Virus record (IMG/VR): IMGVR_UViG_3300036778_000062
Span: 1-64,000 of that record
Reading direction: 5' to 3' (one strand)
Length of the DNA: 64,000 bases
DNA from: a virus
Taxonomy: Duplodnaviria; Caudoviricetes
The position numbers and the translations under genes are program-made. The notes beneath the pieces are model-generated. The model had not been told where the DNA came from. It searched no databases and was given only the letters and a program-made list of their open reading frames with translations. Position 1 is the first letter of the stretch, and each line of letters opens with the position of its first letter. This document shows positions 1 through 10,568 of this stretch, piece by piece.

Positions 1-48
1 CAGATGGCCCCTTTAAGTCCCACGTCTCCGCGGCGTTGAACGCGTCAC

Positions 49-125
<77 letters not shown>

Positions 126-163
126 TCATTTCAATGGCTTAGAGATATTTGGCTGCCTTGGTT

Positions 164-1396
164 TCAACTATTTTGGCGTCCGAGTTTCAACTTTTTGAAC
201 TCGTTCTGTTCCGACTCAAGTTTCCGCCGGCCTATCTTGCGAGCCTCGTCAGCAGCCCTGACAGCTGCCACGTTAACGGGCATGTATGTCTTTTGCAGCT
301 TCCGGTTTTGATCGATACTATTCGCCATTTTGGCAGCGATAGCCTCAACGGGCGCGCCACCAGCATTGGCCTCGACTGCACCGGTCCTGCGCATATCCAT
401 CAGGCGGCGCTTTTCATCCCTGCCCAACACTTCCCGGCGCAGGTCCGCAAAATCGTCCACAAGGGAATCCTTGGTATATTCTGCTGGTAGCCTGGGACGG
501 CCACCCTTGGCGGACGGTGCATATCCCTTGGTGCGGAATATCGGAGCATCGTCATGAAGGTCGTATGGCAGATCGGCAACGTAAGCCTCGACCAAGCGCT
601 GTGTGCGGGCCGTCAGCGTGCCAAAGGCAGCCTCACCAGTCTTTGCACGCCCGGCGGTGAAGGCCATGTCAGAGCCGCTTGTAACGGCCTGGGAGGGGGT
701 TAGGGTGCGGACATCCACAGGAGCGAATCCAGTGTCCCATGCGACGGCTATGATGCAGGCGAGCCCCTTATGGCCCGAGCGCCAGGCAGCCTTGACCAGC
801 CGTACCACCTCGCCCTCGCGCCACGTCTCGGTGCGACCCTTAACCCCGACCTTGCGGATAGAAAGCGAAGGGTCTTTGTCGGGCTCGCAGAGTTTCATGC
901 CGGCTAGAATGCGGTATAGCGCGCGCCAGATTTTCAACGCGCGACCGGCCTCACCGGGGCCCTTGTCCTTTTTGATATCGGCATACCAAGTATCAAGAAT
1001 CTCAAAACTCACAGAATTGGGGATGTTGTCGCCAAAGTAAGGTTCAATGTATTTCCAACCACGGTCCCAGTCCTCTCGGGTGCGGGGTGGCTTGGCAGAC
1101 CATTCATTTGTGCGACGAAAGCGCTCGAATCCGGCGCCTACCGAGCCGGAGGGATAAACAGCTCTTGGTGGCTTTTCTTCGCCCTTGCGAACGCGCTGGT
1201 AACGTTTCTCCCACTCTTCCGCTATCGCACATGCTTTTGCGGAGTGCGGGCCGCATGATACTGGCTCAAACCCAAACTCGCGCATCTTGCGCGTTGGGTA
1301 CCAGTATCCGCGCCCCTTACGGATGATGTAATGTGGGAACGGTTTAACCAATCTTGGACAACCTTGCGCGCCTCTCCGCAAACACATCAGCAGCAT
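164..1396 (-). CDS. int: Tyrosine recombinase/integrase (true start probably TTG at 1351)
   Basis: Adjacent to tRNA; RAKT, DMRRT and C-terminal KTY motifs resembling the tyrosine recombinase catalytic set. Confidence 0.85.
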   Translation of the reverse strand: MLLMCLRRGAQGCPRLVKPFPHYIIRKGRGYWYPTRKMREFGFEPVSCGPHSAKACAIAEEWEKRYQRVRKGEEKPPRAVYPSGSVGAGFERFRRTNEWSAKPPRTREDWDRGWKYIEPYFGDNIPNSVSFEILDTWYADIKKDKGPGEAGRALKIWRALYRILAGMKLCEPDKDPSLSIRKVGVKGRTETWREGEVVRLVKAAWRSGHKGLACIIAVAWDTGFAPVDVRTLTPSQAVTSGSDMAFTAGRAKTGEAAFGTLTARTQRLVEAYVADLPYDLHDDAPIFRTKGYAPSAKGGRPRLPAEYTKDSLVDDFADLRREVLGRDEKRRLMDMRRTGAVEANAGGAPVEAIAAKMANSIDQNRKLQKTYMPVNVAAVRAADEARKIGRRKLESEQNEFKKLKLGRQNS

Positions 1397-1652
1397 TGCG
1401 TGCTGTGCTACTGGACTCGCCTAAGCTGGCTCGACGATCCAACCAATTGTCAATAGCCTTAAGATCGTAATGCCCAGTTACGTGGCAAGCAGGCGGTAGG
1501 CCGGCGCGCAGCAAAGCATCCAACTTCGATACAAATTCCGCCTCAGTGAGGTGCAGCCGCCGCGCAGCCTTCTGTGCCGGCACTAGGCGCGGCTCGACCG
1601 GGAATCGGATTTGGTTTGGTGTTGGAACATTATCATTCGCTGGCGTAGCCAC
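1344..1652 (-). CDS. Excisionase-like HTH protein
   Basis: Small ORF overlapping integrase start; YDLKAIDNWLD motif; N-terminal ANDN. Confidence 0.7.
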   Translation of the reverse strand: MATPANDNVPTPNQIRFPVEPRLVPAQKAARRLHLTEAEFVSKLDALLRAGLPPACHVTGHYDLKAIDNWLDRRASLGESSSTARNAADVFAERRARLSKIG

Positions 1653-1675
1653 ATCTGCCTCCTATCTATAAACGC

Positions 1676-1912
1676 ATGCCCAGTCACATCCACATCGTCG
1701 GCACCAAGGACTATTACGTCGAGGTCTGGAACGACGCTGATGAGCACTATATCCTCATTGCTAGCTTCGATAATTTCGACCAAGCGCGAGGCGAGTTCAA
1801 GCGCCTGACCGATGATGAGCCAGACATGCGCGTGATGATGCGGCGACGGGCACATGTCTACGACACTTACATTCCGAAGCGTTTGCGCAAGGCTAGTGAT
1901 CGGCGTGAGTGA
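1676..1912 (+). CDS. Hypothetical phage protein
   Basis: 78-aa ORF with natural composition. Confidence 0.5.
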   Translation: MPSHIHIVGTKDYYVEVWNDADEHYILIASFDNFDQARGEFKRLTDDEPDMRVMMRRRAHVYDTYIPKRLRKASDRRE

Positions 1913-2126
1913 GTTAAAGCGGCGACACTCGAACACTAATTACTTCCCAGTCGACGACCTCGCCACCGCTATCATCGTCAATCACACCCTCGGCAAACTC
2001 GCTGAATTTGTTCTTGGCTTCCGCTTCATTGGTCGCCTCCACTTCCCAAGTCTCCACATGGACGACGCGCATAGTAGCTAGAAATATTGGCATTTCAGTT
2101 ACCTCAATTCACTGTATGGTTATGAT

Positions 2127-2354
2127 GTGCAGATGCCCGATGACATCGAAATCTACACCGAGCGCTACGAACGCGAACACGGCCGCAAGCCGGCTGGTCG
2201 TCGTTTTTGGCGCTTCATTCTGGTTTCTCCAAGCGTCACATCTAAAGATCACTATCTCGATATCGGCGAACAGATGACCTACGACAAGGCGCTGGATCGG
2301 GCCAAGGAAGTTGCCAGGATGCGCAGGGCGGTGCGGATTATTGTGGAGCCTTAA
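2127..2354 (+). CDS. Hypothetical phage protein
   Basis: 75-aa ORF. Confidence 0.45.
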   Translation: MQMPDDIEIYTERYEREHGRKPAGRRFWRFILVSPSVTSKDHYLDIGEQMTYDKALDRAKEVARMRRAVRIIVEP

Positions 2355-3680
2355 TGTGATGGTAAGGAAACTCAGTCGACGTCGCGATCCAATTCGTCCG
2401 GGCTACCGTTGAGGTAGCGGCCGAGTGCCTCGTAAAGATCGCGTGGCCAATTTCCTTTCAACGTCAGCTTCATGCTTTCAGCGTGCGCGGGTCCGACGTT
2501 GATCCAGAAGTGATCCGGTGTCGATCCGAACGTCAGGGTCGTCGGCGATTCCGCCCACGCCTCAATTCGATTTTCAAACGGCATTCATCCCTCCTGCTTT
2601 TGCTGCTGATTAACGTTAGTCAGTTCGCGCGATATTAGCCCAACCAAGTCCTCTTCCAGCTCCTCCATCACGTCGGGGTCAATGCCTCGGAAGCAACTAC
2701 GATCACTGAGATTGTCGAAGATTTTTCGCCATAGGTCTCGCGCTGCTTTCTTGCGATCATGCGGGTGCCGATCTTCGTAATTGCCTCTATCCATCGTTAT
2801 TTCCCTGCTGTGGCTCTTTTTCGATGCAGTTTGGCGGCAACCAATCTGGATAGTTCCAGTCTTGCCGCCAAACGATGCCGCATGATCGGCACGTCCAATA
2901 ACCATCTTCCTGTTGCGGTCTTTCGCAAGTCACTCGCTTCGTCATGGTCTTCCCTTAATGCGCCAGAACGGAGGGGACACAGCGGCCACGGCTTTGATGG
3001 CGTATCCGTCCACAAGAACACGCCGCCAACATCGGCCACATAGTGAGCGGTCACCGGGTTGAACCAAACCCGACGGACCTTCCTGATTCCAATGCGCTCG
3101 CCGGAAACGCTGAACACGGTTCCGCAGCGCAGGTCTCTTGCAATCTCTTCGGTGAGTTTCATTTGCTACCTATGAGCGAATGAGGCGATGGCGTTGGCGG
3201 CGCAGCGCACGGTAATAGTCCACAAATTCCCCTCGCGCCCATTCGAGGGTCCACCAACCGTGATGGCTCAGCAGACTGTTGCCGGTCCCATCCAGACGCG
3301 TGTAACCTTCGCGCCTGCGCTTGTGAAATTCGATTCCGATTAGCTTCCAGCGCATGTTCACGGTCCCTGTCTATTAGCTAACAGAGCGGCCGGCCGCAAC
3401 GGCGGCAGTGCCAATCGCCCTCACACCAGATGTGAAGCCTGATCATTATCTTGGTGAACCAAATCGGCATGTCTACCTCACTCTGATTTCGGCCCATAGA
3501 TACGCTCCATTAGAGCGTAGGCGTCGGCCTTGTATTCGTTTGGCGTCAGGAATCGTTTTCCAACGCCCCAGTCCGATCCAAGCGCCCAAGACACACTCGG
3601 GAATTGCTGCCCCTTCGAAAACTCCTGTTCAAACCAGTACCAAACTACATCTGCGGGACGGTGATCAGGGCGATGCAGGG

Positions 3681-3896
3681 TCATCGAGGATACTCCACGC
3701 CGAACGCCTTGACGTGAGCTGCTTGGGCCAGCTTCCCGACACGGGCGAGCTGAACGCGCTCCTGCGCGTCGGTCTCGTATCGGTACTGCTTGCGGACGCC
3801 ATCGATATAACCCTTGAGATCCGCCGGACTTTCCGCCGCGAACTTGCGAACCCAGAACCGACCGCTTTCGTAAGTGCTTGCTCCGATCCACCGCAT
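3681..3896 (-). CDS. Moron hypothetical protein
   Basis: GGAGG SD; downstream of near-consensus promoter at 3922-3950. Confidence 0.55.
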   Translation of the reverse strand: MRWIGASTYESGRFWVRKFAAESPADLKGYIDGVRKQYRYETDAQERVQLARVGKLAQAAHVKAFGVEYPR

Positions 3897-3921
3897 AGCC
3901 GCCTCCGTTGCTGTCCTTGCT

Positions 3922-3950
3922 TTTATAAGCGGTACCGCTTATGGTGTCAA
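3922..3950 (-). promoter_or_regulatory. Sigma70-type promoter with palindromic operator
   Basis: TTGACA-17-TATAAA on minus strand; perfect 18-bp palindrome ATAAGCGGTACCGCTTAT (3925-3942). Confidence 0.75.
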
Positions 3951-3965
3951 TAACCGATACCGCTT

Positions 3966-4175
3966 ATGGAGACGATTTTGACAAACTTTCCGATACCGGA
4001 TATCTCCCGGCGCATGGGGAGACCTCCGCTGGGTATTAAGCCGACACAGGTCCGACTTTCGGAGGAGGCCCGAGAGCGGATTCGCGAACTTGTCGGCGAG
4101 CAGGGCATGGCTCAATTCATTCGGGAGGCGGTTGATCGCGAGCTGAAGCGTAGAGAGCGGCAGGAGTCGCGCTAA
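3966..4175 (+). CDS. Ribbon-helix-helix (CopG-like) regulator
   Basis: GRPPLGIKPTQVRLSEE...MAQFIREAVDRELKRRE. Confidence 0.7.
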   Translation: METILTNFPIPDISRRMGRPPLGIKPTQVRLSEEARERIRELVGEQGMAQFIREAVDRELKRRERQESR

Positions 4176-4301
4176 CGACGCGATTGCGTGACTTCGGCAA
4201 TCTTCCGAATGTCCAGGTCACCTGTCAGAAACTCAGTGTCATCATTGTCGACTTGATGCGCGGCCAGAGACGACACGGTCTCGCGGAGCGCTTTAGCGCC
4301 G

Positions 4302-4919
4302 TCAACTGTCGCCGCCTGACGGGGTGAACATCGATAGGATGGCGTCGGCAGCGTTGAACCATTGCTGGTTCTCACGTTGCATGTCGGCCTTCTGCCACCA
4401 GTAAGTCTCGGTCGCTTTGCAAATCGCCTTCGCAATTTCCTCCCTGCTCGGCGCTGGGCGAGGCTCGACTCCATCAGTGGAAGAAAACTCGAAACTCCGA
4501 ATAGCTGCACAAAATGCGTTTGTATTCGAGTTGTCCGGATATTGCTGGGCCAGCCAGTTTGCAATGATAGTCGGGGCTGATCGCTTCCATTGTTCAAGAT
4601 GCGCCGCAGGCCGGGACGCGGCGCGTAGGGCGGCTGCTGCGCGGCCGTGGATGCATCCGATATCTACGTCACTGCAATCGCACTCACCAGGGCATCGAGT
4701 GTTCAGCAACTCATCCGCCAGCGCGCTCAGCTCGCCCGGTGGGGAGGCGCGGGTGTTCCAGGCTGCTAGCGTGGCGCGACATCCGCAGTCGCGACACCGA
4801 GCTGCAGGTTGCCGTATGTCTTCCGGATCAGTATTGACGTAGCACGACCCAATGTCGACATCAGCGCTCTGGCACAACGGGCAGGGTAGTAGTTCATCTT
4901 TTCTCGCCATCACATCCAC
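4302..4919 (-). CDS. Lar-like zinc-ribbon protein
   Basis: LLPCPLC...CRDC...AAWNTRA motif. Confidence 0.55.
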   Translation of the reverse strand: MDVMARKDELLPCPLCQSADVDIGSCYVNTDPEDIRQPAARCRDCGCRATLAAWNTRASPPGELSALADELLNTRCPGECDCSDVDIGCIHGRAAAALRAASRPAAHLEQWKRSAPTIIANWLAQQYPDNSNTNAFCAAIRSFEFSSTDGVEPRPAPSREEIAKAICKATETYWWQKADMQRENQQWFNAADAILSMFTPSGGDS

Positions 4920-5180
4920 CTCAAAGGCCGCAGCCGAAAGCTTCCGATGCAGACTGCTATCAAAAGCAGAAACGGAGGCAGGCCGAAGATGAGTGAGACA
5001 AGCAGCAGTGCTGCGGCGTAGATCTGGTTATCCATGGATCCACCAGCCCAGTCCGAAACCTGCGCCGAGCAAGGCCAGCGCAACAACAATAACGCCGCCA
5101 ATGAACACGCTTACATATGCCGAAGACATGCTTTGAGTATCGCTCATTGAATTGCTCCCTGAAAATAACGAAGTCTGGTG

Positions 5181-5942
5181 TTACACATCGCGCGCTCCTG
5201 AACTTCGTGCAGGAGCCGACCCCAGTTCAATGAACTGACCGTCGATGCCGCAATTCTTCAATATCCGTGCGTCGTCGTCGCCATAGGCGATCAGAACTGA
5301 TGGTGCGCCTGCGTTTGCCTTTGCTCGCGTGCCATAAACGTGATGGAAGTAAAGACGCCCCTCCAGAAAAAGGATGGCGGTTGCTGCTCGCCAAACGGTT
5401 TTGAAAAACACCTCCGTTTCAGTTCTGGCAAAGATCAATGCTATGCCCTCCCTGTGGTCGGACATTCGCTGCATCCACGGACGCACGATGGGAGGTCCAC
5501 CATATGGTGGGTTGAGCCAGACGCGACCACTCCACGCATGAAGCAATCCATTGTCTACAATCGTGTAGTGGCGCTTGGCAGTAGCCCACGGACGATTGAT
5601 CGGTGAGCATGGATCAAGGTCGAATGATCCTGGGCCACCGAGCGCATGGATTATCTCGGGTGGCGTCAGCCATTCGTCCTTGAGCATGGCAGCACTCTGG
5701 TGGCTGCCCATGCCCTTGGAGCCCGCCGGTTCGATCTCGATGACTTGACCCGTCAACTCGTGTCGGAAAGTTCGCAACGCGTGCTGATCACGATGCCAAC
5801 CGTGGCGCCCTAAGATTCCGCGCAACGTCGTCAGATAGGCACGCGTGGCATTATCGTCGTGAAGATACGTTCTCCGACCTTCCAGGTGCCATGAATCGTC
5901 ACCGGCCTTATACCCAAGCATTTTGATGACATCTTCGATCAT
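5181..5942 (-). CDS. Phage DNA N6-adenine methyltransferase (Dam-like) with unrelated N-terminal extension
   Basis: DEWLTPPE, FDLDPCS, VWLNPPYG, LIFART motifs; MTase domain begins near 5712. Confidence 0.85.
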   Translation of the reverse strand: MIEDVIKMLGYKAGDDSWHLEGRRTYLHDDNATRAYLTTLRGILGRHGWHRDQHALRTFRHELTGQVIEIEPAGSKGMGSHQSAAMLKDEWLTPPEIIHALGGPGSFDLDPCSPINRPWATAKRHYTIVDNGLLHAWSGRVWLNPPYGGPPIVRPWMQRMSDHREGIALIFARTETEVFFKTVWRAATAILFLEGRLYFHHVYGTRAKANAGAPSVLIAYGDDDARILKNCGIDGQFIELGSAPARSSGARDV

Positions 5943-6272
5943 GACCGCTCCATCACCGAGCGCAACACATCAAGGTCGTGTTCGTATTCGTCAGCGTCGG
6001 GTTCAGGAACGATCGACGGCGCATCAACGTGCACCAGCCTGCAGATTGGCTTGAGGTGACGGCGTGATTGCCAAACTTCCAGAAGGTGTGTCGCGTGTTC
6101 TTGCGGGCTCATCTCAACGCCTCCAATTCATATGACTTGCGTTCAAATCTTCGGTTCATCGCATCGCGCACGACGTAAATGTCACCGATGCGATTGATCA
6201 CCACGGCGTAGAATGTTGCTGCCGTGCCGTAAGGTAGGCTGCGGACCCACTGGCCTATGGCGAATTCTTGGG

Positions 6273-6605
6273 TCATGATTGCTCCGCTTGCGCAGGAGCA
6301 AGGGCGGCGCGCGCCTTGGCAAACAAAGGCGCTGGATTGCCTGGGTCCAAGTTCGCAACATACTGAGCGAAGGCCAGCAGGCGATCGTAAGAGTTCACGG
6401 CGCGCAGGATTAATTCGCCGTTTGCTATTCTGTTGGACTCCTGAACTGCGTACAGGCCGGAGTCCGTGCATTCCTGGTAACTCGCAATGACGCGGTAGCC
6501 GTCGTCGCCGTCGTAATATGATTTCCCGGACGGTACCTCGATTGCAGATCCGAGATTGCCGCGCGTGCAAAGACGCCAAGGGCGTGGTGTTGCTTTTTCC
6601 ATCAC
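6273..6605 (-). CDS. Hypothetical phage protein
   Basis: TPRPW...NGELILRAVN phage motif. Confidence 0.6.
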   Translation of the reverse strand: MMEKATPRPWRLCTRGNLGSAIEVPSGKSYYDGDDGYRVIASYQECTDSGLYAVQESNRIANGELILRAVNSYDRLLAFAQYVANLDPGNPAPLFAKARAALAPAQAEQS

Positions 6606-6913
6606 GCCACCTCCTCGTTAGTGGAGTCGGCGCCGCGAGCGCGAGCAATGGCTAGGCGATGCGTTTCGAACACCCCGTGTGCACCACCAACTGATCCGTC
6701 GCGATCGTACCACTCGTAAATAGCTTCCAACGCCGCCAACAGATCAGGAGCCGATGCGATGAGGCGGGCGTTGGCTCTCATGCGAGAGTCGGGCTTACAG
6801 TCCTCCCGGTCTCCGTAAGTGGACGCGACTGCCCTTCCGTCCTGAGTCCTGACAAAGCCAGTACCAAAGTTCGGCTGCCAAGGTCCCGGCGTGTGCTGTT
6901 GCTTCGCCATCAC
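6602..6913 (-). CDS. Hypothetical phage protein
   Basis: HTPGPW...ANARLIASAPDLLAAL phage motif. Confidence 0.7.
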   Translation of the reverse strand: MMAKQQHTPGPWQPNFGTGFVRTQDGRAVASTYGDREDCKPDSRMRANARLIASAPDLLAALEAIYEWYDRDGSVGGAHGVFETHRLAIARARGADSTNEEVA

Positions 6914-7329
6914 GCCGCCTCCACAAAAGGCTGCACCGCATCAATCGGGTAGGACGCCTCAGCAGTCACCCCAGCGCGGCGCATCTCGTAATGCGTGCGC
7001 AACTCCAACGCTGCGTGCGCGGCCTCTTCATCACTGACCCAGCCGGCGACGGTGCCATCAAGCGCAATGCGGCGCGCGCCACGCTTGAGCATGCGGAGGT
7101 ACTTAGGTCCAAAACAATACGCCCGCAGAAAGTGCTTCACATCGCGCGCGGTGAGGCCGGTGTTGGCGCCGATCAGGTCGTACTTGATGCCAACCGCGAG
7201 CGGCTGCTTCTCGCCGCCTGAGTAAGAGATGGCCGGGAACAAGTCGGCCAGGTGAGCGCGGTGCTCGCGATACAGTGGCCAGTTTATCTGGCGCTGTGTG
7301 CGGCGCCGTAGGTGAAAGATGGTGCTCAT
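6910..7329 (-). CDS. ProQ/FinO-domain RNA chaperone
   Basis: FP...PLAVGI.YDL...Y....YL......RIALDG motif. Confidence 0.8.
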   Translation of the reverse strand: MSTIFHLRRRTQRQINWPLYREHRAHLADLFPAISYSGGEKQPLAVGIKYDLIGANTGLTARDVKHFLRAYCFGPKYLRMLKRGARRIALDGTVAGWVSDEEAAHAALELRTHYEMRRAGVTAEASYPIDAVQPFVEAA

Positions 7330-7703
7330 GCTGCACACTCCAGCATATCGCCATCAGTCGTCACCTCGTAAGTCGTCTCCGATTCCCAGGTCGGCTTGCA
7401 ATCACGCAGCACGTTTCCGCTGTCGTCGTGCGCGGCCACCAGAATTTGATGTTCGATGATGATGGCACCGAATGCTGAGTCGTCTGGGTGGCGCTCAAAC
7501 GTCGCCATGGCCCACGCCTTGGCTGCGTCTAGCGACCCGTGGATTGTCAGGATGGCGGCTTCCTCGGGCTCGCAATAGGCGCGCATGCCATCGCTGTCCT
7601 CTTCGCCGCCCCATCCGAACTCGCGCGCCAAGTCGCACCATCGCTTGTAACTTATGTGCTCAGCGGTCCAGCGCTCATCGCCTATCTTGTGTTTCGTTGC
7701 CAT
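7326..7703 (-). CDS. Hypothetical phage protein
   Basis: ORF coupled to the ProQ gene; ends in -AA. Confidence 0.55.
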   Translation of the reverse strand: MATKHKIGDERWTAEHISYKRWCDLAREFGWGGEEDSDGMRAYCEPEEAAILTIHGSLDAAKAWAMATFERHPDDSAFGAIIIEHQILVAAHDDSGNVLRDCKPTWESETTYEVTTDGDMLECAA

Positions 7704-8495
7704 CTTCTCTCTCCCGATTCCGTATTGGAATGGGGAGACTGTATACCGATTCGATACAAAAGCAACACCAAAACCATACAAAAAATAAGAAAAAAATAGG
7801 CCCCATTTGCGGAGCCTCAAGTGCATTCCATAAATTCCGGTCCCCGATGCCCCGCCGGTGGCGCCCCTAAAGACGAATTAGCCCAAGCTCAACAATATCA
7901 GTATGAGCTGGCCGCTCGTTCCACGCCGCTCGCGCGTGTGCCAAGCGCGCCGATCCGTCAGGATCGCGAAGTGCGGCCCACCGACCAACGTCAGTAACTC
8001 GCCCAGATTCAAGGTCCATGTAAAGACCGCCGCCGCGAACAATCGGGTTGCACCCCTCAGCCCGTAGTATTGCGTAAAACAAAGCTGCGTCGAATGCACC
8101 GAGCGCTTCCACACTCCTGCAGGCAACACCGCCCCTCCCAGTTTCTAAACTAAACATGAGTTACCCCAACCTAGCCACTGGTCGGCGTGGCAGCCGGGGA
8201 TTGGAAACCAGCTCACGTTACTGGCCGACCGCTTTTACCCCTCGCGGAGTTGGACATGGCAAGCCGTCCCCGGCCAAACTTGGCCAAGTGACGTGCTCGC
8301 CAGAGCACGACGCCAGCTATCTGCTGGTGTTCGGCGTGCCGCCTTGCGGGTCAAGCCTAACGTAAGTCCGGGTTTCCAAGCCCGGAAAATTAATGCGGCA
8401 AAATTGTTTTCTTTGCAAGCCACAACTTGAACACAATAGACTAACTGCGCAAAGCGCGAAAACATAACTGCATTCAACTGTAAGTAGATCGTGCA

Positions 8496-9218
8496 TTAAT
8501 GCGATAGATCCACGTATCCGCCGTGGATAATGGTCAGTATGCGGACCTCGACATCATCGTCACGATTGCCGTTCTTATAGATGATTGGCTTATGTTTTGA
8601 ATTGGTAGAGCGCGGCTGAAACTCAGTCCGATCAGGGAACACGGCAACAGCTTTCACCGAGCGCTCTATCAGACCGCCTCGGTTCTGTTCCACAACCACA
8701 ATCATATTGTTCGTCAAGACGCCGCCAGCATCTTGAAAATCAACGCCTAGAACAATCATGCCGTCGAATATCTTCGCAGCGTCCATACTATCGCCATGAG
8801 CCACCCAAGCCATCGGATTGGCGTGTGGATAGCTTGCACTCTTGCCGGCCTCTATAGTGCGAGGCTCAACTTGCGAAAGCATATCGGCCTCACGAAAGGC
8901 ACCAGCCTCCACGGCACCTAGTACCGGGTAGAGCGTTTTGGTGTCACCGTTGCCGCGAGATGGCTGATGCAGCGAGACCACATTATTGCCGCCCGGATGC
9001 GCTGCTCGCCTGGCTTTGACCGGCGACTCCGCGCCGAAGAACTCGGCCATCTTCTCGATCTCGTCGCTACTAAACTCCGGCCCATCGGGCCGGAGGCGGG
9101 CGTGCAGCGTAGGCAGCTCCATGCCAAGACGCTTTGCCAGCGAGGCCTTGAGCTTTGTGATTCCACGCGGCTCGGCCGTGCGGCCGATCTGCTGATGCAC
9201 CCACTTCTTGTAATCCAT
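8496..9218 (-). CDS. CI-like repressor (HTH plus S24 peptidase-like domain)
   Basis: VLGAVEAG cleavage-site motif, GDSM, SVK; divergent from Cro-like gene. Confidence 0.85.
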   Translation of the reverse strand: MDYKKWVHQQIGRTAEPRGITKLKASLAKRLGMELPTLHARLRPDGPEFSSDEIEKMAEFFGAESPVKARRAAHPGGNNVVSLHQPSRGNGDTKTLYPVLGAVEAGAFREADMLSQVEPRTIEAGKSASYPHANPMAWVAHGDSMDAAKIFDGMIVLGVDFQDAGGVLTNNMIVVVEQNRGGLIERSVKAVAVFPDRTEFQPRSTNSKHKPIIYKNGNRDDDVEVRILTIIHGGYVDLSH

Positions 9219-9464
9219 TCCCCACACTCCTTTTGCACACACCGTAGTTTTACTGGAATAGGTTCCCTGTACGAAACTTATACACATCAATCAAGCGCAA
9301 AAACATAGCAGAAACAACGGCAATACAAAACCGGTATCGAGAAACCGGCGCGGCAGAGGCCAAAACTAGGTGAGGTGGAAATAAATTGATGGGTTTTGTA
9401 TCGCTTTTGTCTCGAATCAGTGTAGGGTGTCCTCCGTAGCAACAACCAACACGCGGATGACGAA

Positions 9465-9917
9465 ATGGTTCGCTGGAACAAAGAAAAAGTTATCGACCTC
9501 GCTTGCATCGATGGCATCACGATTCCCGAGATAGCAGAACGTCTCGGTGTCCACCATGTTTCAGTAGAGCGCTTTCTTAGAAAGCATCGAGAGGAACTGC
9601 AGTCAGCGCGCGCTGAAACATCCGTGTGCGACCGCCAACACGCCGAAGTGCTCACAATGTGGGGCGACATGGTTCCGCGCGAAGAAATTGCGCGACGTGC
9701 CGGCGTAAGCATGTCGGTTGTGCGGCGTCTGATCCTTTCTGCAGAATTTGACGAGACGCCAGAAGACAAGGGCGCCGGCCTGGAACTGCTCGCGCTTATG
9801 ACCGAGCACCCCGGCCGATTTTACGAAGACGATCTGCGAGCCCTGACCGAATACGGCAAGGGCCGTGCGCCGATGATGATGCTTGCGCCTGACACCGGAA
9901 TGCGGAGCGCAGCGTAA
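9465..9917 (+). CDS. Cro-like protein with two HTH motifs
   Basis: IPEIAERLGV and REEIARRAGVS; first gene of the rightward operon. Confidence 0.65.
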   Translation: MVRWNKEKVIDLACIDGITIPEIAERLGVHHVSVERFLRKHREELQSARAETSVCDRQHAEVLTMWGDMVPREEIARRAGVSMSVVRRLILSAEFDETPEDKGAGLELLALMTEHPGRFYEDDLRALTEYGKGRAPMMMLAPDTGMRSAA

Positions 9918-9925
9918 ACGAACTA

Positions 9926-9973
9926 GCCGAGCGCCAGTACTTGTACGTCACCCATATTACACTCGCGCGCGGC
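9926..9973 (+). ncRNA. TIGR-like dual-spacer stem-loop unit 0
   Basis: stem-CCA-gtacttgta-CG-tcac-CCA-tattacact-CG-stem. Confidence 0.7.
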
Positions 9974-10001
9974 ACCCCTTTCAACCACAGGATTAGCAAC
10001 C

Positions 10002-10562
10002 ATGAACATGCACGTTGCGCCACAGAACATCGAGCCGGCCAGTCGCCGCGCCCAACGCATGCTTGACGCCAACGACGGCGACAAGGCCCGCACCATCAAG
10101 GAATTGATCAAGCTTGCTGAGACGCAGAAGACGTTGCGCGATACGCTTATCCGGCTTGGCGCGACGGCATTAGTTGGCAATCTTATTTGTCAGGAGCGCG
10201 CGAGGATCGTGCGCGGTGCCGACAACGCAAGCCAAGTTCGGTTCACTACATCAGGAACGATTGTCACACCGCCGGTAATGTCGCCAAGGCAGGCTGAGAT
10301 GCGCCGCTCGGTTGCCCGCAAGAACGTTGTGCGCGCCTGGTTGAATTTCCAGTTGCCTACCAAGGGCAACAAGCAACTAGGAAAGGCTAACGCCAAGGAA
10401 GTTGGCGAGGCTGCCGAGCAGTACCGGCGCAATTCTGGCGACATGCAGCACAAAGCGGCTTGGCTCGATGCCATTCGCGCTAAGTTGCCGCGCGGCAAGA
10501 CTGTCGCCGAGGTCTTGGACGATGGCGCTTTGGACGCGCTTTATGAATCGGTTGCCGCGTAA
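10002..10562 (+). CDS. Hypothetical protein flanked by array units
   Basis: 186-aa helical ORF between units 0 and 1; ends in -VAA. Confidence 0.7.
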   Translation: MNMHVAPQNIEPASRRAQRMLDANDGDKARTIKELIKLAETQKTLRDTLIRLGATALVGNLICQERARIVRGADNASQVRFTTSGTIVTPPVMSPRQAEMRRSVARKNVVRAWLNFQLPTKGNKQLGKANAKEVGEAAEQYRRNSGDMQHKAAWLDAIRAKLPRGKTVAEVLDDGALDALYESVAA

Positions 10563-10568
10563 AGCGGC

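Noticed and set aside
9297-9312. Unit 12 spacers resembling the CI/Cro intergenic region
   Set aside because: Similarity needs gaps and several mismatches in AT-rich sequence, so it is not convincing.
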